DNA of 50,145 nt from a virus (IMGVR_UViG_2579778539_000003); one strand, 5' to 3'. Shown: positions 8,740 through 20,511, counted from the stretch's first letter. Translations and numbers: made by a program. Notes: generated by a model from the sequence alone, not told the origin.

Positions 8740-11700
8740 TCAGCTGATACTGATGCCTGCGGTGGCTTTCTTCATCACCACAACCAGCAAATCGCTGATA
8801 CTTGCTGTGGGATACCAGTCATTTACCAGCCATGCTGACACCGAAAACTCCAGCGTCATGTGGCCGTGACCAGCTGGCATATCAATAACACCACTGTAAA
8901 TCAGCGTATTATCCAGCGCGGTACGGTTATAAATTTCAGCACCATTTTTCTTCACTATCAGGCGGCATGAGGAGTAAATATCAGTATGCTCTCTCTCATG
9001 TTTAGCACCGCTGAATGCCACCGCCGGAATAACAATCTGCCGGTCAAACGGCTGATCGTCATAAATCCTGACGGTAATGGTCCCTGATGGCCACCGCTCC
9101 GGTGCCCGGGAGTCCCGCGGGAAAGCCTTACCCACTGTTTTGACAATATCGCCTTCAATCTGGTTGGCTGACAGTTTCCCTTTAATCTGACAGTTTTCAT
9201 TTATCGTAACGTTGTTGAGCGTCCCGGCGTTCGCATTCACACTGCCACTGATAACTGCATTTTTAGCGGTCAGCTTTCCGTCCGGTGTCAGGGAAAATGC
9301 AGGAGGATTACCGCCGCTGGTAATGGTGGGAGCCGTCAGATATTTCAGGAACACTTCATTCATGAATATCTGATCACCCTGACCAACAAACATCGGTTTT
9401 GTGTTGCCATTTGCAGGATTAATCATCGCAATCCTGTCTGCCGCCAGCAGCACCTGACTCTGCATGCCGTCGGGGGTGTTCTCAATACCGGCACCGATAC
9501 CCGCAATATAAAGGCGTCCGTCCTGCATCTGCTGCAGCTTCACAGCCCACATGCTGTTCAGATTATTATTTGTATCAACCTGAACCTTCTGTATCTGCTG
9601 GATCGCTGCACTCTGGTCTTCCAGTTTCTTATTGACGGTCTGTGTGATTTCATTGCTGACATCCGTAATGGATGTCCTGATTTCAGCCAGGTCAGGCGCA
9701 AGCTGACCGTTATCAATCTGCGTCCACAGCTCCTGAGCCAGATGGGTTTTCCCTATCTCGCCTTTGAAAAAATCCAGATAGCCGGATGCGTCATCACTCG
9801 GCTGACCAACAGCCTCCACGAATGCCGATTTGCCAACGGTGTTCACACTGCGAACGTAAAAATAATAATTATGGCCCGGCCTGATATTGATACTGGCGGC
9901 TATCCAGTACAGCGCCGTGCCAAGATAGCGTGCTGTGGTTTCAACCTGCCTGATATCCGCAATCCGCTTTTCCGAGAACCAGAACTCAAACTGTACCGTC
10001 GGATCATAAACCGCAAGATGCGGCGTGGCGGTTATCTGAAAATAGCCCGGCGTCAGCTCAATCCGCGACGGCGCTGCCGGTGCGGCAATCCGGAACGATA
10101 CCGACGCCGGATCGCCCTGCTGCCCCCACGCATTTACTGCCCGGACTGTCAGCCTGTAGTTCCCCAGAGCCAGTTGTGTGAAGCGGTAAGTGGTTTCCGT
10201 CGTCCGGGCCGTGCTGACCAGCCGCTCACTGCCGTCATCCGCTGCCACGGTCAGGCGAAGCAGGAAGCTCACGCCCTTCACCACCTTCGGCGTGTCCCAG
10301 CGGGCCAGCACCTGGTATTCCCCGCTGTCTGCAGTGACTTCTGCGGTCAGGTGCTGCACCGCTGGCGGCGTGACACCGTTCACCGTGCCACTCTGTTCGC
10401 CGTCAAAGTGCGCCCCGTTATCCACGATGACCTCTTTTTCCGGCACATGCTGCACGGCGGTGATGGCATACGTGCCGTCGTCGTTCTCACGGATACTCAC
10501 GCAGCGGAACAGTCGCTGGCGCAGCCTCGGCAGCTTCAGCCCCCATACGCTGTATTCAGCAACACCGTCAGGAACACGGCTCACTTTCACCTTCACGCCG
10601 TCGGTGACGGACTGAACCTCCACGCTGACCGGATTGCCACTTCCGTCAACCAGGCTTATCAGCGTGGTACCGGAGGATGGCAGCGTGATTTCACGGTCAA
10701 GCGTCAGCGTCCGGGTCAGGCTGTTCACCGCCAGCACACGACCACCGGTGCTGATACCGGCATAGTCATCATCACAGATTTCAATAACATCGCCCGGTAC
10801 ATGGCGAAGCCCTTCCGCACCCACGCTGAAATCCACGGTCTGCGTTTCCAGCAGCTCCGTTTTAATCAGCCACAGCCCGGCTCGGTGTGCCTGCCCCCGG
10901 CTGGTACAGCCAAAGGCATCCATCTTCGTGACATTACGACCGTAACGGGCAATGGCCTGCGTGTCCTCCACAAGCTCTGTCGCCGTCTCCCAGCCGTTAT
11001 CCGGGTCAATCCAGTTCACCTCAACGGCATTATGGCGGTCCTTCAGGGCGCTGAAGCTGTAGCGGAACGGCGCGCCATCATCCGGCATCACCACATTACT
11101 GCGGTTATAGGTCCACACCTTATCCGACGGTCGGTCCTGCACGAACGTCAGCGTCTGCCCGTTCCATACCGGCATACAGCGCATCGCCGAGCAGAAATCA
11201 CTGAGCACATCCCACGCCTTGCGCTGTGTGGTCAGCCAGGCATTACAGGTGATGCGCGGCTCCGTGCTGCCAAAGCCGTCCGGCACCGACTGGTCGCAGT
11301 ACTGGCCGATGACATACAGCGCCCATTTATCCACATCCGCTGCACCAAGACGTTTCCCCATGCCGTAGCGCGGATGGGGCAGCATATCCCACAGACACCA
11401 GGCCATGTTGTTGCTGTATGCCGGTTTAAACGTTCCGTCCCAGATACCGCTGTATTGCCGCGTCTGCGGGTTATAATTCGACGGCACCTGCAGAATACGC
11501 CCGCGCAGATGATAATTACGGCTCACCTGCTGGCTGCCGAACTGCTCCGAGTCCACCTGCACGCCGAACAGTGCCGTGTTCGGGTAGCACTGTTTCACAT
11601 CGATAATTTCGGTGTATGACGACCAGAGCGTTTTGTTCTGCAGCTGGTCTGTGGTGCTGTCCGGCGTCATCCTGCGCATCCGGATACTGAACGGGCGCGG

Positions 11701-12219
11701 CGGCAGGTTATCCACCACCACCGAGGCCAGATACTGTGAAGTGGTTTTACCCTTAATGGTGATGTCTTTTTCCGTCACCCAGCCACCGTTACGTTGTATC
11801 TGAACCAGCAGGTGGACTTCCGATGGATTCCTGTCCCCCTTTGAGGTGGTTTCCACCAGTGCCTGCACGCCGAAAGTAAAACGCAGACGGTCAATGTTTG
11901 CCGACGTGATGGTCCGGGTGATCGGCGTGTCATATTTCACTTCTGTACCGAGCACCGTCTCGGAGCCGGAGGATTCAAATCCCTCCGGCGGTGTCTGCTC
12001 CTGCTCACCGGCCCGGAACACCACCGTGACGCCGGATATATTGGTATTCCCCTCACTGTCCAGCACCGGCGTACTGTTCAGCAGCACGCTTTTTAATCCA
12101 TCCACCGGACCTTCAACCGGCCCTTCGCTGATGGCATCAATCACACTCAGCAGCTGCGTGGACTTCAGGTTGTCCTTCGCTTCGCGCGGGGTATGCCCCT
12201 TACTGCTGCCTTTACCCAT
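8740..12219 (-). CDS. J: Tail tip / host specificity protein J
   Basis: 1159-aa [24 protein letters not shown]...; recognisable lambda gpJ; synteny. Confidence 0.95.
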   Translation of the reverse strand: MGKGSSKGHTPREAKDNLKSTQLLSVIDAISEGPVEGPVDGLKSVLLNSTPVLDSEGNTNISGVTVVFRAGEQEQTPPEGFESSGSETVLGTEVKYDTPITRTITSANIDRLRFTFGVQALVETTSKGDRNPSEVHLLVQIQRNGGWVTEKDITIKGKTTSQYLASVVVDNLPPRPFSIRMRRMTPDSTTDQLQNKTLWSSYTEIIDVKQCYPNTALFGVQVDSEQFGSQQVSRNYHLRGRILQVPSNYNPQTRQYSGIWDGTFKPAYSNNMAWCLWDMLPHPRYGMGKRLGAADVDKWALYVIGQYCDQSVPDGFGSTEPRITCNAWLTTQRKAWDVLSDFCSAMRCMPVWNGQTLTFVQDRPSDKVWTYNRSNVVMPDDGAPFRYSFSALKDRHNAVEVNWIDPDNGWETATELVEDTQAIARYGRNVTKMDAFGCTSRGQAHRAGLWLIKTELLETQTVDFSVGAEGLRHVPGDVIEICDDDYAGISTGGRVLAVNSLTRTLTLDREITLPSSGTTLISLVDGSGNPVSVEVQSVTDGVKVKVSRVPDGVAEYSVWGLKLPRLRQRLFRCVSIRENDDGTYAITAVQHVPEKEVIVDNGAHFDGEQSGTVNGVTPPAVQHLTAEVTADSGEYQVLARWDTPKVVKGVSFLLRLTVAADDGSERLVSTARTTETTYRFTQLALGNYRLTVRAVNAWGQQGDPASVSFRIAAPAAPSRIELTPGYFQITATPHLAVYDPTVQFEFWFSEKRIADIRQVETTARYLGTALYWIAASINIRPGHNYYFYVRSVNTVGKSAFVEAVGQPSDDASGYLDFFKGEIGKTHLAQELWTQIDNGQLAPDLAEIRTSITDVSNEITQTVNKKLEDQSAAIQQIQKVQVDTNNNLNSMWAVKLQQMQDGRLYIAGIGAGIENTPDGMQSQVLLAADRIAMINPANGNTKPMFVGQGDQIFMNEVFLKYLTAPTITSGGNPPAFSLTPDGKLTAKNAVISGSVNANAGTLNNVTINENCQIKGKLSANQIEGDIVKTVGKAFPRDSRAPERWPSGTITVRIYDDQPFDRQIVIPAVAFSGAKHEREHTDIYSSCRLIVKKNGAEIYNRTALDNTLIYSGVIDMPAGHGHMTLEFSVSAWLVNDWYPTASISDLLVVVMKKATAGISIS

Positions 12220-12279
12220 TCGTCACGCTCCATAAACGACAAAACCGCCCGCAGGCGGTTTCACATAAAATGTTTTGCA

Positions 12280-12921
12280 TCAGCGACCAATCACCACAAC
12301 CTGACCACCATCCCCTTCGTCTGCCGTGCTGATCTCCTGAGAAACCACCCGTGACCCCACGCGCATTTCACCGTACAGAACAGGCAGAACATTGCCCTGG
12401 GCAACCATGTTATCCAGTGAGGAGAAATAGGTGTTCTGCTTACCGTTATCCGTTGTCTGTGTACGGGGAGTTCTGGCTTTCGGTGCCAGCATCTGCGCCA
12501 CACCACCGAGCACCATACTGGCACCGAGAGAAAACAGCAGATTACTCGCCATAATTCCTACCCCCGGCATCCATATAGCAACCGCCATAACAGCCGCCCC
12601 CAGCACAGCCTGAAACACACCGCCACTTTTGGCTCCTGCCAGACGCGGCACGATATGGATCACAGCACCATTTGCCAGCGGTTCATTAAGACGGGCTGAT
12701 AATTCATTTTCGCCTGCATCACGCCCGGCAATGCGCACCTGATACCAGCCCTCATTCAGTTTCTGGCGAAACGACGGAAGCTGCGTGGCCAGCGCCCGGA
12801 TGGCTTCGGCCCCCGTTTTCACACGAAGGTCGATGCGGCGGCCAAATCGTTGTAAATCCCCGTAAAGGCAGATGCGTGCCATGCCCGGTGACGCCAGAGG
12901 GAGTGTGTGCGTCGCTGCCAT
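12280..12921 (-). CDS. I: Tail assembly protein I (start uncertain; internal Met at 12882 possible)
   Basis: Lambda gpI-like sequence; overlaps 3' end of K. Confidence 0.8.
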   Translation of the reverse strand: MAATHTLPLASPGMARICLYGDLQRFGRRIDLRVKTGAEAIRALATQLPSFRQKLNEGWYQVRIAGRDAGENELSARLNEPLANGAVIHIVPRLAGAKSGGVFQAVLGAAVMAVAIWMPGVGIMASNLLFSLGASMVLGGVAQMLAPKARTPRTQTTDNGKQNTYFSSLDNMVAQGNVLPVLYGEMRVGSRVVSQEISTADEGDGGQVVVIGR

Positions 12922-13562
12922 TTGTCTGTATACCTCTCTCGTTTGCTCAGTTGTTCAGGAATATGGTGCAACAGCTCGCCGTCGCCGCAGTAAATGGCGG
13001 CATGATTCGGCACCGATGAACCAAAACAGCACAGCAGCACATCGCCCGGCTGCGCCGCTGACAACGGCACCTGATACAGCCCTGTGGCCTCCAGATTATC
13101 CAGATAGAGATTCTGACCGTGACGCCACCAGTCATCCTCACGATGAAAATCAGGCATCTCAATTCCCGCCAGATGGTAAGCATCCCGGAACAGCGTGTAA
13201 CAGTCCGTCACCCCGTGCTCAAAGCGCCGCCCGGTAAGATGTGGCACACAGCGGAACTTGTGAATCGCCCCCCGGCAGACCAGCCACCACGGCAAATCAC
13301 TCTGCACCTGCAGCCGCCGGTCGGCCTCACTCAGCCAGGGCAGAGCACCGGGGTGACTGTGGACCAGCGCCACAATCTCACCCTGCATTTCTGCCCGCAG
13401 CCAGTCCTCCGGAGCCATCCGGAAATACGCCTCCGGCTCACCGGAGATATTCACGCAGGGGAAATATCTTTCCCGCTCCGGCGTGCTTACCACGAAGCCG
13501 CACGACTCCGCTGGCGCACATCGCCGGGCGTGCGCCAGAATTGCTGATTCTGTCTGTGTCAT
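12819..13562 (-). CDS. K: Tail assembly protein K (NlpC/P60 plus JAB/MPN-like)
   Basis: 247-aa ORF MTQTESAILAHARRCAPAESCGF... with HSHP motif; lambda gpK-like. Confidence 0.85.
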   Translation of the reverse strand: MTQTESAILAHARRCAPAESCGFVVSTPERERYFPCVNISGEPEAYFRMAPEDWLRAEMQGEIVALVHSHPGALPWLSEADRRLQVQSDLPWWLVCRGAIHKFRCVPHLTGRRFEHGVTDCYTLFRDAYHLAGIEMPDFHREDDWWRHGQNLYLDNLEATGLYQVPLSAAQPGDVLLCCFGSSVPNHAAIYCGDGELLHHIPEQLSKRERYTDKWQRRTHSLWRHRAWHASAFTGIYNDLAAASTFV

Positions 13563-13567
13563 GGGAT

Positions 13568-14266
13568 TTACTGCGAAAGTTTGTTAATGGAAAGGAAGCC
13601 GCCAAAGTTGCCGACGTTATTGCGGAACTTACAACCGCTCAGGCATTTGCTGCATTTATCCTTCGTGATATCGGACGTTGGCTGGTCATATTCATCCGCG
13701 ACCGCCGGACCGTGATAACCGCACTCATCGCCGCGATAGGTCCAGGTGCAGGTGTTGGCCAGCATGATACGTCCCGGAAAAACAGCGCCGTCCGTTTCCG
13801 TCGGCGTGGACAGTACAAAAGAGGCACTCACCGCGCTCAGTTCGCTGCACTGCTCAATGCGCCAGCGGCTGATCACCTCCTGCTCCGGATCGGCGTCACT
13901 GTTTCCGTTGACGAAGTTCACCGCATCCAGAAAACGGGCGTAAACCTTACGCCGGACCACCGTTCCGCCGACCAGACTCTGCAGATCTTCCGCCATCCCG
14001 GTGACCATACCGTACAGGTTAGAAACCGTCAGCGTGGGGCGCGTACTGGTGCCTTTGCCATTCAGTTCAAAACCACTCCCCTGAATGGGATACGGCTGAT
14101 ACCGTCGCCCCTGCCAGGTGACCGGCTCACCTTTTTCGTTCTGCTCATTACAGAAAAAATAACGTTCTCCACCGACCTCTGTCAGATCGATTTCCCAGAG
14201 CACCACGCTGGCCGACTGCTCCGCACGGGTGCATTCATTCAGTGTTTCCTGCCGGATATCCTGCAT
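13568..14266 (-). CDS. L: Minor tail protein L
   Basis: 232-aa lambda gpL-like ORF. Confidence 0.9.
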   Translation of the reverse strand: MQDIRQETLNECTRAEQSASVVLWEIDLTEVGGERYFFCNEQNEKGEPVTWQGRRYQPYPIQGSGFELNGKGTSTRPTLTVSNLYGMVTGMAEDLQSLVGGTVVRRKVYARFLDAVNFVNGNSDADPEQEVISRWRIEQCSELSAVSASFVLSTPTETDGAVFPGRIMLANTCTWTYRGDECGYHGPAVADEYDQPTSDITKDKCSKCLSGCKFRNNVGNFGGFLSINKLSQ

Positions 14267-14595
14267 CAGTTCACCACCTGTTCAAACTCTGCGCTGAACT
14301 CAACACGCAGCATACTGACCCGCGACGACCATTTTGCGCAGGTCACCTTTATCTGCCGCCACTCATAAGGCGGCGTCCACAGAAAGGCTTTCCAGCCCCC
14401 GTGCTCAGCCAGAAACGACTCCAGCGCCGTGGCCTCCCAACGGGGAACAGAAAGCGTCACGCTGTACGTTTTCAGGTCGGCATTCAGCCCGGCAGGCGCT
14501 CGCTGGGAATAGCCATCACCAAAGCGCACTTTCCTGACGGAAGGGGCCGAAGCCACATCCATACCGGGTTTCACTTTCCAGCGGAAGGTCTTCAT
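14266..14595 (-). CDS. M: Minor tail protein M
   Basis: 109-aa lambda gpM-like ORF. Confidence 0.9.
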   Translation of the reverse strand: MKTFRWKVKPGMDVASAPSVRKVRFGDGYSQRAPAGLNADLKTYSVTLSVPRWEATALESFLAEHGGWKAFLWTPPYEWRQIKVTCAKWSSRVSMLRVEFSAEFEQVVN

Positions 14596-17171
14596 CGTCC
14601 ACCTCCGGAGAACAGACCACCATCGCGCATCTGTGCCTGAATTTCATCACGGGCACCCTTGCGGGCCATGTCATACACTGCCTTCATCATCTGTGGACCT
14701 GGCAGACCATTCGTACCGTCGTTCTGAATCACCACGTGATTGTTCTGATTAAAATTAATGCCTTCAGCCCGCCGCATCTGCGCCGGACTTCCGGCACCGC
14801 CCACATAACCACCTTCCGCATAGCCCCGCATCAGGCGGTACAGGTTGCCGACACCAATCCGGCTGGTTGCCTCCTTCGTGAAGACAAATTCACCACGGTG
14901 AACAATCCCCGCTGGCTCATATTTGCCGCCGGTTCCCGTAAATCCTCCGGTCGCAAAATGGAATTTCGCCGCAGCTGCCTGAATGGCTGTACCGCCTGAT
15001 GCGGATGCGCCGCCACCAACAGCCCCGCCAATGGCGCTACCGATACTCCCGACAATCCCCACCATTGCCTGCTTAAGCAGAATTTCTGTCATCATGGACA
15101 GCACGGAACGGGTGAAGCTGCGCCAGTTCTGCTCACTGCCGGTCAGCATCGCCGCCATATTCTGCGCAATACCATCAAAGGTCTGCGTGGCTGCACTTTT
15201 AACCTGCGACATACTGTCCGTGGCGCTCTCTTCCCACTCACTCCAGCCGGACTTCAGGCCTGCCATCCAGCTCCCGCGAAGCTGGTCTTCAGCCGTCCAG
15301 GTCTTTTTCTGCTCTGACATGACGTTATTCAGCGCCAGCGGATTATCGCCATACTGTTCCTTCAGACGCTGTTCTGTGGCTTCCCGCGCTGCCTGCCGGT
15401 CAGTCAGCCCCCGGTTTTTCGCATCAATGGCGGCCCGTTTTGCCCGTTGCTGCTGTGCGAATTTATCCGCCTGCTGCGCCAGCGCGTTCAGGCGCTCCTG
15501 ATACGTAACCTTGTCGCCAAGTGCAGCCAGCTGGCGTTTGTACTCCAGCGTCTCATCTTTATGCGCCAGCAGGGATTTCTCCTGTGCGGACAGCTGGCGA
15601 CGTTGTGCCGCCTCCTCCAGTACAGCGAACTGACTCTCCGCCTTCCACAAATCCCGGCGCTGCTGGCTGATTTTCTCATTCGCTCCGGCATGCTTCTCCA
15701 GCGTCCGGAGTTCTGCCTGAAGCGTCAGCAGGGCAGCATGAGCACTGTCTTCCTGGCGATCGCCTGCAGACACTTTCACGCCGGACTGCTTCGGCTTTTT
15801 CAGCGTCGCTTCATAATCCTTTTTCGCTGCCGCCATCAGCGTGTTGTAATCTGCCTGCAGGATTTTCCCGTCTTTCAGTGCCTTATTCAGTTCTTCCTGA
15901 CGGGCGGTATATTTCTCCAGCGGCGTCTGCAGGCGTTCGTAAGCCTTCTGCGCCTCTTCGGTATATTTCAGCCGTGATGCCTCAGACTCGACCCAGTCCT
16001 TTGCTGCCATCTCTCTGGCCTTTTCAAGATCGGCCTGCAACGTGGCGGCTGAAAGCCCAAGTTGCGCATTCGCTCTGTCCTCCCATGCTCCCCGGAGATT
16101 GGCAAGAAATGCTGAGGTTTTACCGCGCCGGTGGCTCCGGCTCTGATACCACTGCCATTTTTTGTCCGCCTCATCAAAAGCCTTTTCTGCTTTCTCCAGC
16201 ATTCCCTGGGCAGTGTCCGGGCGACCAATATCCAGCACCGAATCCCACATGGATTTGAATGCCCGTGCTGTCCTGTCTGCCCAGGTCTCCAGCGTGCCCA
16301 TGTTCTCTTTCAGGCGGCGGGTCTGGTCATCAAACCCTTTCGTTGCGGCCTCGTTCGCCGCCTGCAATGCCCCGGCTTCATCTCCGGAACGCTGCAACTG
16401 AGCAACATACGCAATCTGCTCCGCCGTCACGTTATGGAACTGACGTGCCATCGCTGTCAGTCCCGACGTCGGGTCTGTGGTCAGCTTCCCGAAGGCTTCA
16501 GCGACCTTGTCCACCTCCACGCCGGATGCAGAGGAGAAACGCGCCACACTCTGGCTGATCGCCTCAAACTGCTCACCACCACGCACACCGGCATTCACCA
16601 GCGCCGTCAGTGACTCGCTGGTCTGGTTAAACGTCAGCCCTGCCGCCTGCCCGGCTCTGGACAGGACCAGCATACGATCTGCCGTCAGTCCCGCCTGATT
16701 GCCGGAAAGGACCAGCGTTTTGTTGAAATCGGACAGGGTTGAGTTGCCCTGATACCAGGCATACGCCAGCGCACCGGTCGCCACCGCCAGCGAGGTGGCC
16801 CCCACCATCGGCAGGGTGATCGCACCGGCAAGCCCCCGGAACATGGGGATCATCCCGCCGAAGGAGTCCTTCACCTGACCCCCCTGTTGCAGCAGGATCA
16901 GCCACGGACTTTGCCCGCCTGCAAGCTGCGTGGCCACGTCGGTGAACTGCGCAGGCAGCATACGCATGGCGGCTTTATACTGCCCGACGGAAATTCCCGC
17001 TTTCTGTGCAGCCAGCGCCTGCCGGTTCATCGACTGTTCAACGACTGCCGCTGTTTTTTTCGCATCAGTTTCCGTACCGGAAAAATGACGCCTGACTCTG
17101 GCCATCTGCTCGTCAAATCTGGCCGCATCCAGACTCAAATCAACGACCAGATCGCCTACCGGTTCAGCCAT
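14592..17171 (-). CDS. H: Tail tape measure protein H
   Basis: 859-aa ORF MAEPVGDLVVDLSLDAARFDEQ...; lambda gpH-like. Confidence 0.95.
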   Translation of the reverse strand: MAEPVGDLVVDLSLDAARFDEQMARVRRHFSGTETDAKKTAAVVEQSMNRQALAAQKAGISVGQYKAAMRMLPAQFTDVATQLAGGQSPWLILLQQGGQVKDSFGGMIPMFRGLAGAITLPMVGATSLAVATGALAYAWYQGNSTLSDFNKTLVLSGNQAGLTADRMLVLSRAGQAAGLTFNQTSESLTALVNAGVRGGEQFEAISQSVARFSSASGVEVDKVAEAFGKLTTDPTSGLTAMARQFHNVTAEQIAYVAQLQRSGDEAGALQAANEAATKGFDDQTRRLKENMGTLETWADRTARAFKSMWDSVLDIGRPDTAQGMLEKAEKAFDEADKKWQWYQSRSHRRGKTSAFLANLRGAWEDRANAQLGLSAATLQADLEKAREMAAKDWVESEASRLKYTEEAQKAYERLQTPLEKYTARQEELNKALKDGKILQADYNTLMAAAKKDYEATLKKPKQSGVKVSAGDRQEDSAHAALLTLQAELRTLEKHAGANEKISQQRRDLWKAESQFAVLEEAAQRRQLSAQEKSLLAHKDETLEYKRQLAALGDKVTYQERLNALAQQADKFAQQQRAKRAAIDAKNRGLTDRQAAREATEQRLKEQYGDNPLALNNVMSEQKKTWTAEDQLRGSWMAGLKSGWSEWEESATDSMSQVKSAATQTFDGIAQNMAAMLTGSEQNWRSFTRSVLSMMTEILLKQAMVGIVGSIGSAIGGAVGGGASASGGTAIQAAAAKFHFATGGFTGTGGKYEPAGIVHRGEFVFTKEATSRIGVGNLYRLMRGYAEGGYVGGAGSPAQMRRAEGINFNQNNHVVIQNDGTNGLPGPQMMKAVYDMARKGARDEIQAQMRDGGLFSGGGR

Positions 17172-18002
17172 ACCGGACTCCTCCTGCGATCCCTTCTGAT
17201 ACTGTCATCAGCATTACGTCATCCTCCGTCATGTCCGCCACATCCGGGGAAGTAGGGATAACTTCATTCCCGTCCGGGCCAAAGCGGACACCTCCGGCAA
17301 GCCCTGCCGCTTTCTGCATCAGCACATCATCTTCAGGCTCTTCGTCAGCCTCACGCCGGTTCAGCAAACTGAAATCCAGCGGATGCATATCCGGATCGCT
17401 GAAAAACAGGCTGAGCACGGTGTACGTCAGCCCGGAAAAGTGCATATCCAGCAGAACATCATGAAAATAATGGGTACTGTAAAAGCGGTGCCAGTCGGCA
17501 TACTCCGTGGATGACATCCCGGCAAGCATGGCACGCCAGTCGGGTCGCCCCATCTCACGCGCCAGTTTCAGGGCAAAACTCAGCTCACCGTCGAAAACTT
17601 TCCCGCAGAAACAGGCTCTGCAGGCCCGGCGTCCTCTGTCTGTTCAGGGGCATTATTCACCACAAACTCAGACATTCCGGACAGACGTAACACCACGTTT
17701 TCAGCCTGAGCAATTGCCTCCGTGGGCCAGGTGGTAAGCACTTCCTGCTCAATCTGCGTAATGGCTTCATTCATGGACGGCAGCTTTGTCTTCTGTGGAT
17801 GGTTATGCCACAGAGACATCGCCACCAGAAACGCCCCGCCTCTGATAAGCTCCTCTACAGACACCTGCAGGTTGCCACTGGATTCAGCCTTTTTTTCCTG
17901 CTCTTTCAACCAGGCAAGATGCTCAATACGCTGCAGGGCTGACAGTTCAGAAAGCGTGACGGTCACACCGTTATGTTCAAATGATTCGGTTTTCAGGAAC
18001 AT
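17164..18002 (-). CDS. T: Tail assembly chaperone G-T fusion made by programmed -1 frameshift
   Basis: T frame (17164-17553) overlaps G in the -1 frame; slippery G GGA AAG at 17598-17604. Confidence 0.8.
17580..18002 (-). CDS. G: Tail assembly chaperone G
   Basis: 140-aa ORF ending ...SAGKFSTVS; lambda gpG-like. Confidence 0.9.
   Translation of the reverse strand: MFLKTESFEHNGVTVTLSELSALQRIEHLAWLKEQEKKAESSGNLQVSVEELIRGGAFLVAMSLWHNHPQKTKLPSMNEAITQIEQEVLTTWPTEAIAQAENVVLRLSGMSEFVVNNAPEQTEDAGPAEPVSAGKFSTVS
17598..17604 (-). other. Programmed -1 ribosomal frameshift slippery heptamer GGGAAAG (G to G-T)
   Basis: Heptamer in zero frame G GGA AAG, 5 codons before the G stop. Confidence 0.8.
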
Positions 18003-18017
18003 CTCTGACTCCCCGGA

Positions 18018-18758
18018 TTAACTGGCGGTGACGGTGATTTCTGCAACCGCAGCAAGTTCACCATTACCGGATACGACCGGAATGTTGACCTTGCCTGCAG
18101 CAACACCTTTCACGGTGATGGTCATACCACTGACCGACACGGTGGCTTTTGTTTTATCCGCAGACACCGCACGGAAGCTCTTGTCGGTTGCGCCTTCCGG
18201 CTGGAATGCCACGGTCAGCGTGGTGCTCTGCCCTTTCACCACCGAGGTGCTGGCAGGCGTCACGGTCATGCCGGTTGTCGCCGTCACCGTGCTGCGATCT
18301 TCTGCCATCGACGGACGTCCCACATTGGTGACCTTCACCGTGCGGGTAATCACTTCCTTCGCCGTCACCGCCTTACCGATACTGCTGACCCAGCCACGGA
18401 ACACATCGACCGTGCCGTTCGGGAAGCGGATTTTATAGGCACGGGTATCACCTTCATTAAACCACGCCAGCAGCGCCTGCTGCCCCTGCTCTCCGGGCAT
18501 CCACGCCAGCGTGAAGCTGGTATCTCCGGCAGATTTCTGCCCCTGCCCGGTCGTAGTCCAGTCTGCATCTTCATCATCGAGATAGCTGTCGTCATAGGAC
18601 TCAGCGGTCAGTTCGCCGGGCGTCAGGTCTTTAACTTTTGCCAGACGCGACCAGTCAACGTCTGAAAGCGGATTCGCATAAGGGTCACCGCTTCCCTTAT
18701 AAACCCACAGGGTGGTCCCGGCACCTTTCACCGGCATTACAGGATTTGGTACAGGCAT
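18018..18758 (-). CDS. V: Major tail protein V
   Basis: Start set at internal ATG ([16 protein letters not shown]...) matching lambda gpV length (246 aa); ORF track extends 10 codons upstream. Confidence 0.9.
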   Translation of the reverse strand: MPVPNPVMPVKGAGTTLWVYKGSGDPYANPLSDVDWSRLAKVKDLTPGELTAESYDDSYLDDEDADWTTTGQGQKSAGDTSFTLAWMPGEQGQQALLAWFNEGDTRAYKIRFPNGTVDVFRGWVSSIGKAVTAKEVITRTVKVTNVGRPSMAEDRSTVTATTGMTVTPASTSVVKGQSTTLTVAFQPEGATDKSFRAVSADKTKATVSVSGMTITVKGVAAGKVNIPVVSGNGELAAVAEITVTAS

Positions 18759-18765
18759 AGCGTCC

Positions 18766-19161
18766 TCACATTTCATAGGTAATGACATAAGTCAGATCGG
18801 CTGAACTCCACAGGCCCGCATCATCGTCGCGCCGGTAGTCATAGCCGCTGGCCACCATACTGGTGATCAAATCTGACAGTGCCGGGATATCGCTCATCAC
18901 CGGATAAATCCGGGACTCCATCCACGCATCCAGCTCTGAATCCGGCACCTGAGCAGGCAGGAAAACTTCAATATGCAGCTCCGCCTGCCAGGTATCGCTG
19001 TCCAGCTCTTCGCCCGTGTATTCAGCGCCGGTGAGATAAACGGCAATTGCCGGAAAATCTTCCTCATCAAAAACAGCGGGGCGACCATCAAAAAGCGTCG
19101 CCCCGGTGTCATGCTTCTCCAGTGCATCCAGTACGGCTGCACGGAGTTCAGTATGTTTCAT
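18766..19161 (-). CDS. U: Tail terminator protein U
   Basis: 131-aa lambda gpU-like ORF. Confidence 0.9.
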   Translation of the reverse strand: MKHTELRAAVLDALEKHDTGATLFDGRPAVFDEEDFPAIAVYLTGAEYTGEELDSDTWQAELHIEVFLPAQVPDSELDAWMESRIYPVMSDIPALSDLITSMVASGYDYRRDDDAGLWSSADLTYVITYEM

Positions 19162-19736
19162 CGCTTTATTACCATTCTCAGTTGATGCTGCAGCGCATAG
19201 CCCAGCTCTTTCGGAAGACGTTCACGCCGTATCCGTTCAATATTTTGTTTAAACGCCGTGGTCAGCGGTACCGCCATCGGGATTTTCACCACATCAATGG
19301 GGTAACGGTTTTTCCCGGCCACACGCTGCATAACATGCCACCGGCCGTTTTTCAGTTGCTGAATAAACGCGCCGGGAATACGACGGTTACCCACCACAAG
19401 CACGCTGCCGCCACCTTTCAGGGATGAACGCTGCCCCTTTTTACGACGCCTGCGGCGGGACAGGACAACCCGCGCATTACCCAGCTTGATTACGGGCAAA
19501 TCCCCCCGGTTAACTTTGATTCTGGCCTGCGGATTTTTGACCGTGGCCCTTTTCAGCCTGGCCCTTTCCTTTACCAGTTTCCGGCGTACCTTTGTCTCAC
19601 GGGCAACCTGTGACGCAGACTGCGATATCGCGGATGAAGCAACGCGGTTAATGGCCATTGCGGCGGCACCGGGCACCGCCGTTTTGCTGATACGGCTGAG
19701 GTTTTCAACGGCCTGCTCAAGACCTTTTATGGCCAT
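19158..19736 (-). CDS. Z: Tail completion protein Z
   Basis: 192-aa lambda gpZ-like ORF. Confidence 0.9.
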   Translation of the reverse strand: MAIKGLEQAVENLSRISKTAVPGAAAMAINRVASSAISQSASQVARETKVRRKLVKERARLKRATVKNPQARIKVNRGDLPVIKLGNARVVLSRRRRRKKGQRSSLKGGGSVLVVGNRRIPGAFIQQLKNGRWHVMQRVAGKNRYPIDVVKIPMAVPLTTAFKQNIERIRRERLPKELGYALQHQLRMVIKR

Positions 19737-19747
19737 ACATCCCCCTT

Positions 19748-20101
19748 TCAGCGGCGACGGTTAACGGCAGGCGGTACGCCCCGTCCAAGCCAGAGATGAC
19801 AACTTCCGCCATCATCCGGCGAAACCCGATCTACCCAGAAATTTTCCTCACCGATGGTCAGCGTGTCTCCACGCCGCAGCTGCCGCACCTCATCAGTCCG
19901 GACAAACAGGGACGGGCTGGAGCCTTCAACGCGCACGCCCTGTCCGGCATAGCTGATATTTTCAGGGTCATCAAAAACACCACGTATCACAGCACCGGAC
20001 TGCTCACCGGATGTCATGGTGGCTGACGTTCCCATGTACCCGCGTATCGTTTCATCGGCGCGGGCAATGGCAGCATCGAACAGGTTATCGAAATCAGCCA
20101 C
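19748..20101 (-). CDS. FII: Head-tail joining protein FII
   Basis: 117-aa lambda gpFII-like ORF. Confidence 0.9.
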   Translation of the reverse strand: MADFDNLFDAAIARADETIRGYMGTSATMTSGEQSGAVIRGVFDDPENISYAGQGVRVEGSSPSLFVRTDEVRQLRRGDTLTIGEENFWVDRVSPDDGGSCHLWLGRGVPPAVNRRR

Positions 20102-20112
20102 AGCGCCTCCCG

Positions 20113-20511
20113 TTATTGCATTCTGGCCAGGCCGCGCGCTGTCATTTCAGCTGACACACCGGCAGAGACACGAAACGCCGTTCCCGGCAGCACAAATGCC
20201 ACAGGTTCATCCCGCGTGGCGTGAAGTGCATCAGTATGCAGCGTCACCAGTGCCACGACCGTGACCAGTTCAGACGTATCCAGAATCACGGTATCCGGCT
20301 GCGCTGATCCCACCTCATTTTCATGTCCGGTCAGCACATTTTCCCGGCTGAGAGGGGTGTCCTGACCGGCAGTTTCATCCGTGTCATCAAGCTCCTCTTC
20401 CAGCTCTGCCACACGGAGCGCCAGTTCTTCTTTCGTCCCCGTCAGGCTGACATCACGGTTCAGTTGTTCACCCAGCGAGCGGAGACGGGCAATCAGTTCA
20501 TCTTTCGTCAT
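20113..20511 (-). CDS. FI: DNA packaging protein FI
   Basis: Start set at internal ATG (MTKDELIARLRSLGEQ...), 132 aa. Confidence 0.85.
   Translation of the reverse strand: MTKDELIARLRSLGEQLNRDVSLTGTKEELALRVAELEEELDDTDETAGQDTPLSRENVLTGHENEVGSAQPDTVILDTSELVTVVALVTLHTDALHATRDEPVAFVLPGTAFRVSAGVSAEMTARGLARMQ

Noticed and set aside
9742-11619. 625-aa plus-strand ORF antisense to gene J
   Set aside because: Lies entirely inside the well-supported J coding region on the opposite strand; Arg/His-rich, low-complexity translation typical of antisense reading of GC-rich codons.
13241-14368. 375-aa plus-strand ORF antisense to K and L
   Set aside because: Opposite strand of the lambda-like tail genes; no RBS or motif support.
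17164-17553. T frame as an independent gene
   Set aside because: No start context of its own; explained by the G-T -1 frameshift at 17598-17604.
18759-18788. N-terminal extensions of V (and likewise of E, D, FI, C, Q, holin) given by the ORF track
   Set aside because: Homology-consistent internal starts with RBS give the expected lambda-like protein lengths; the extensions overlap upstream genes.
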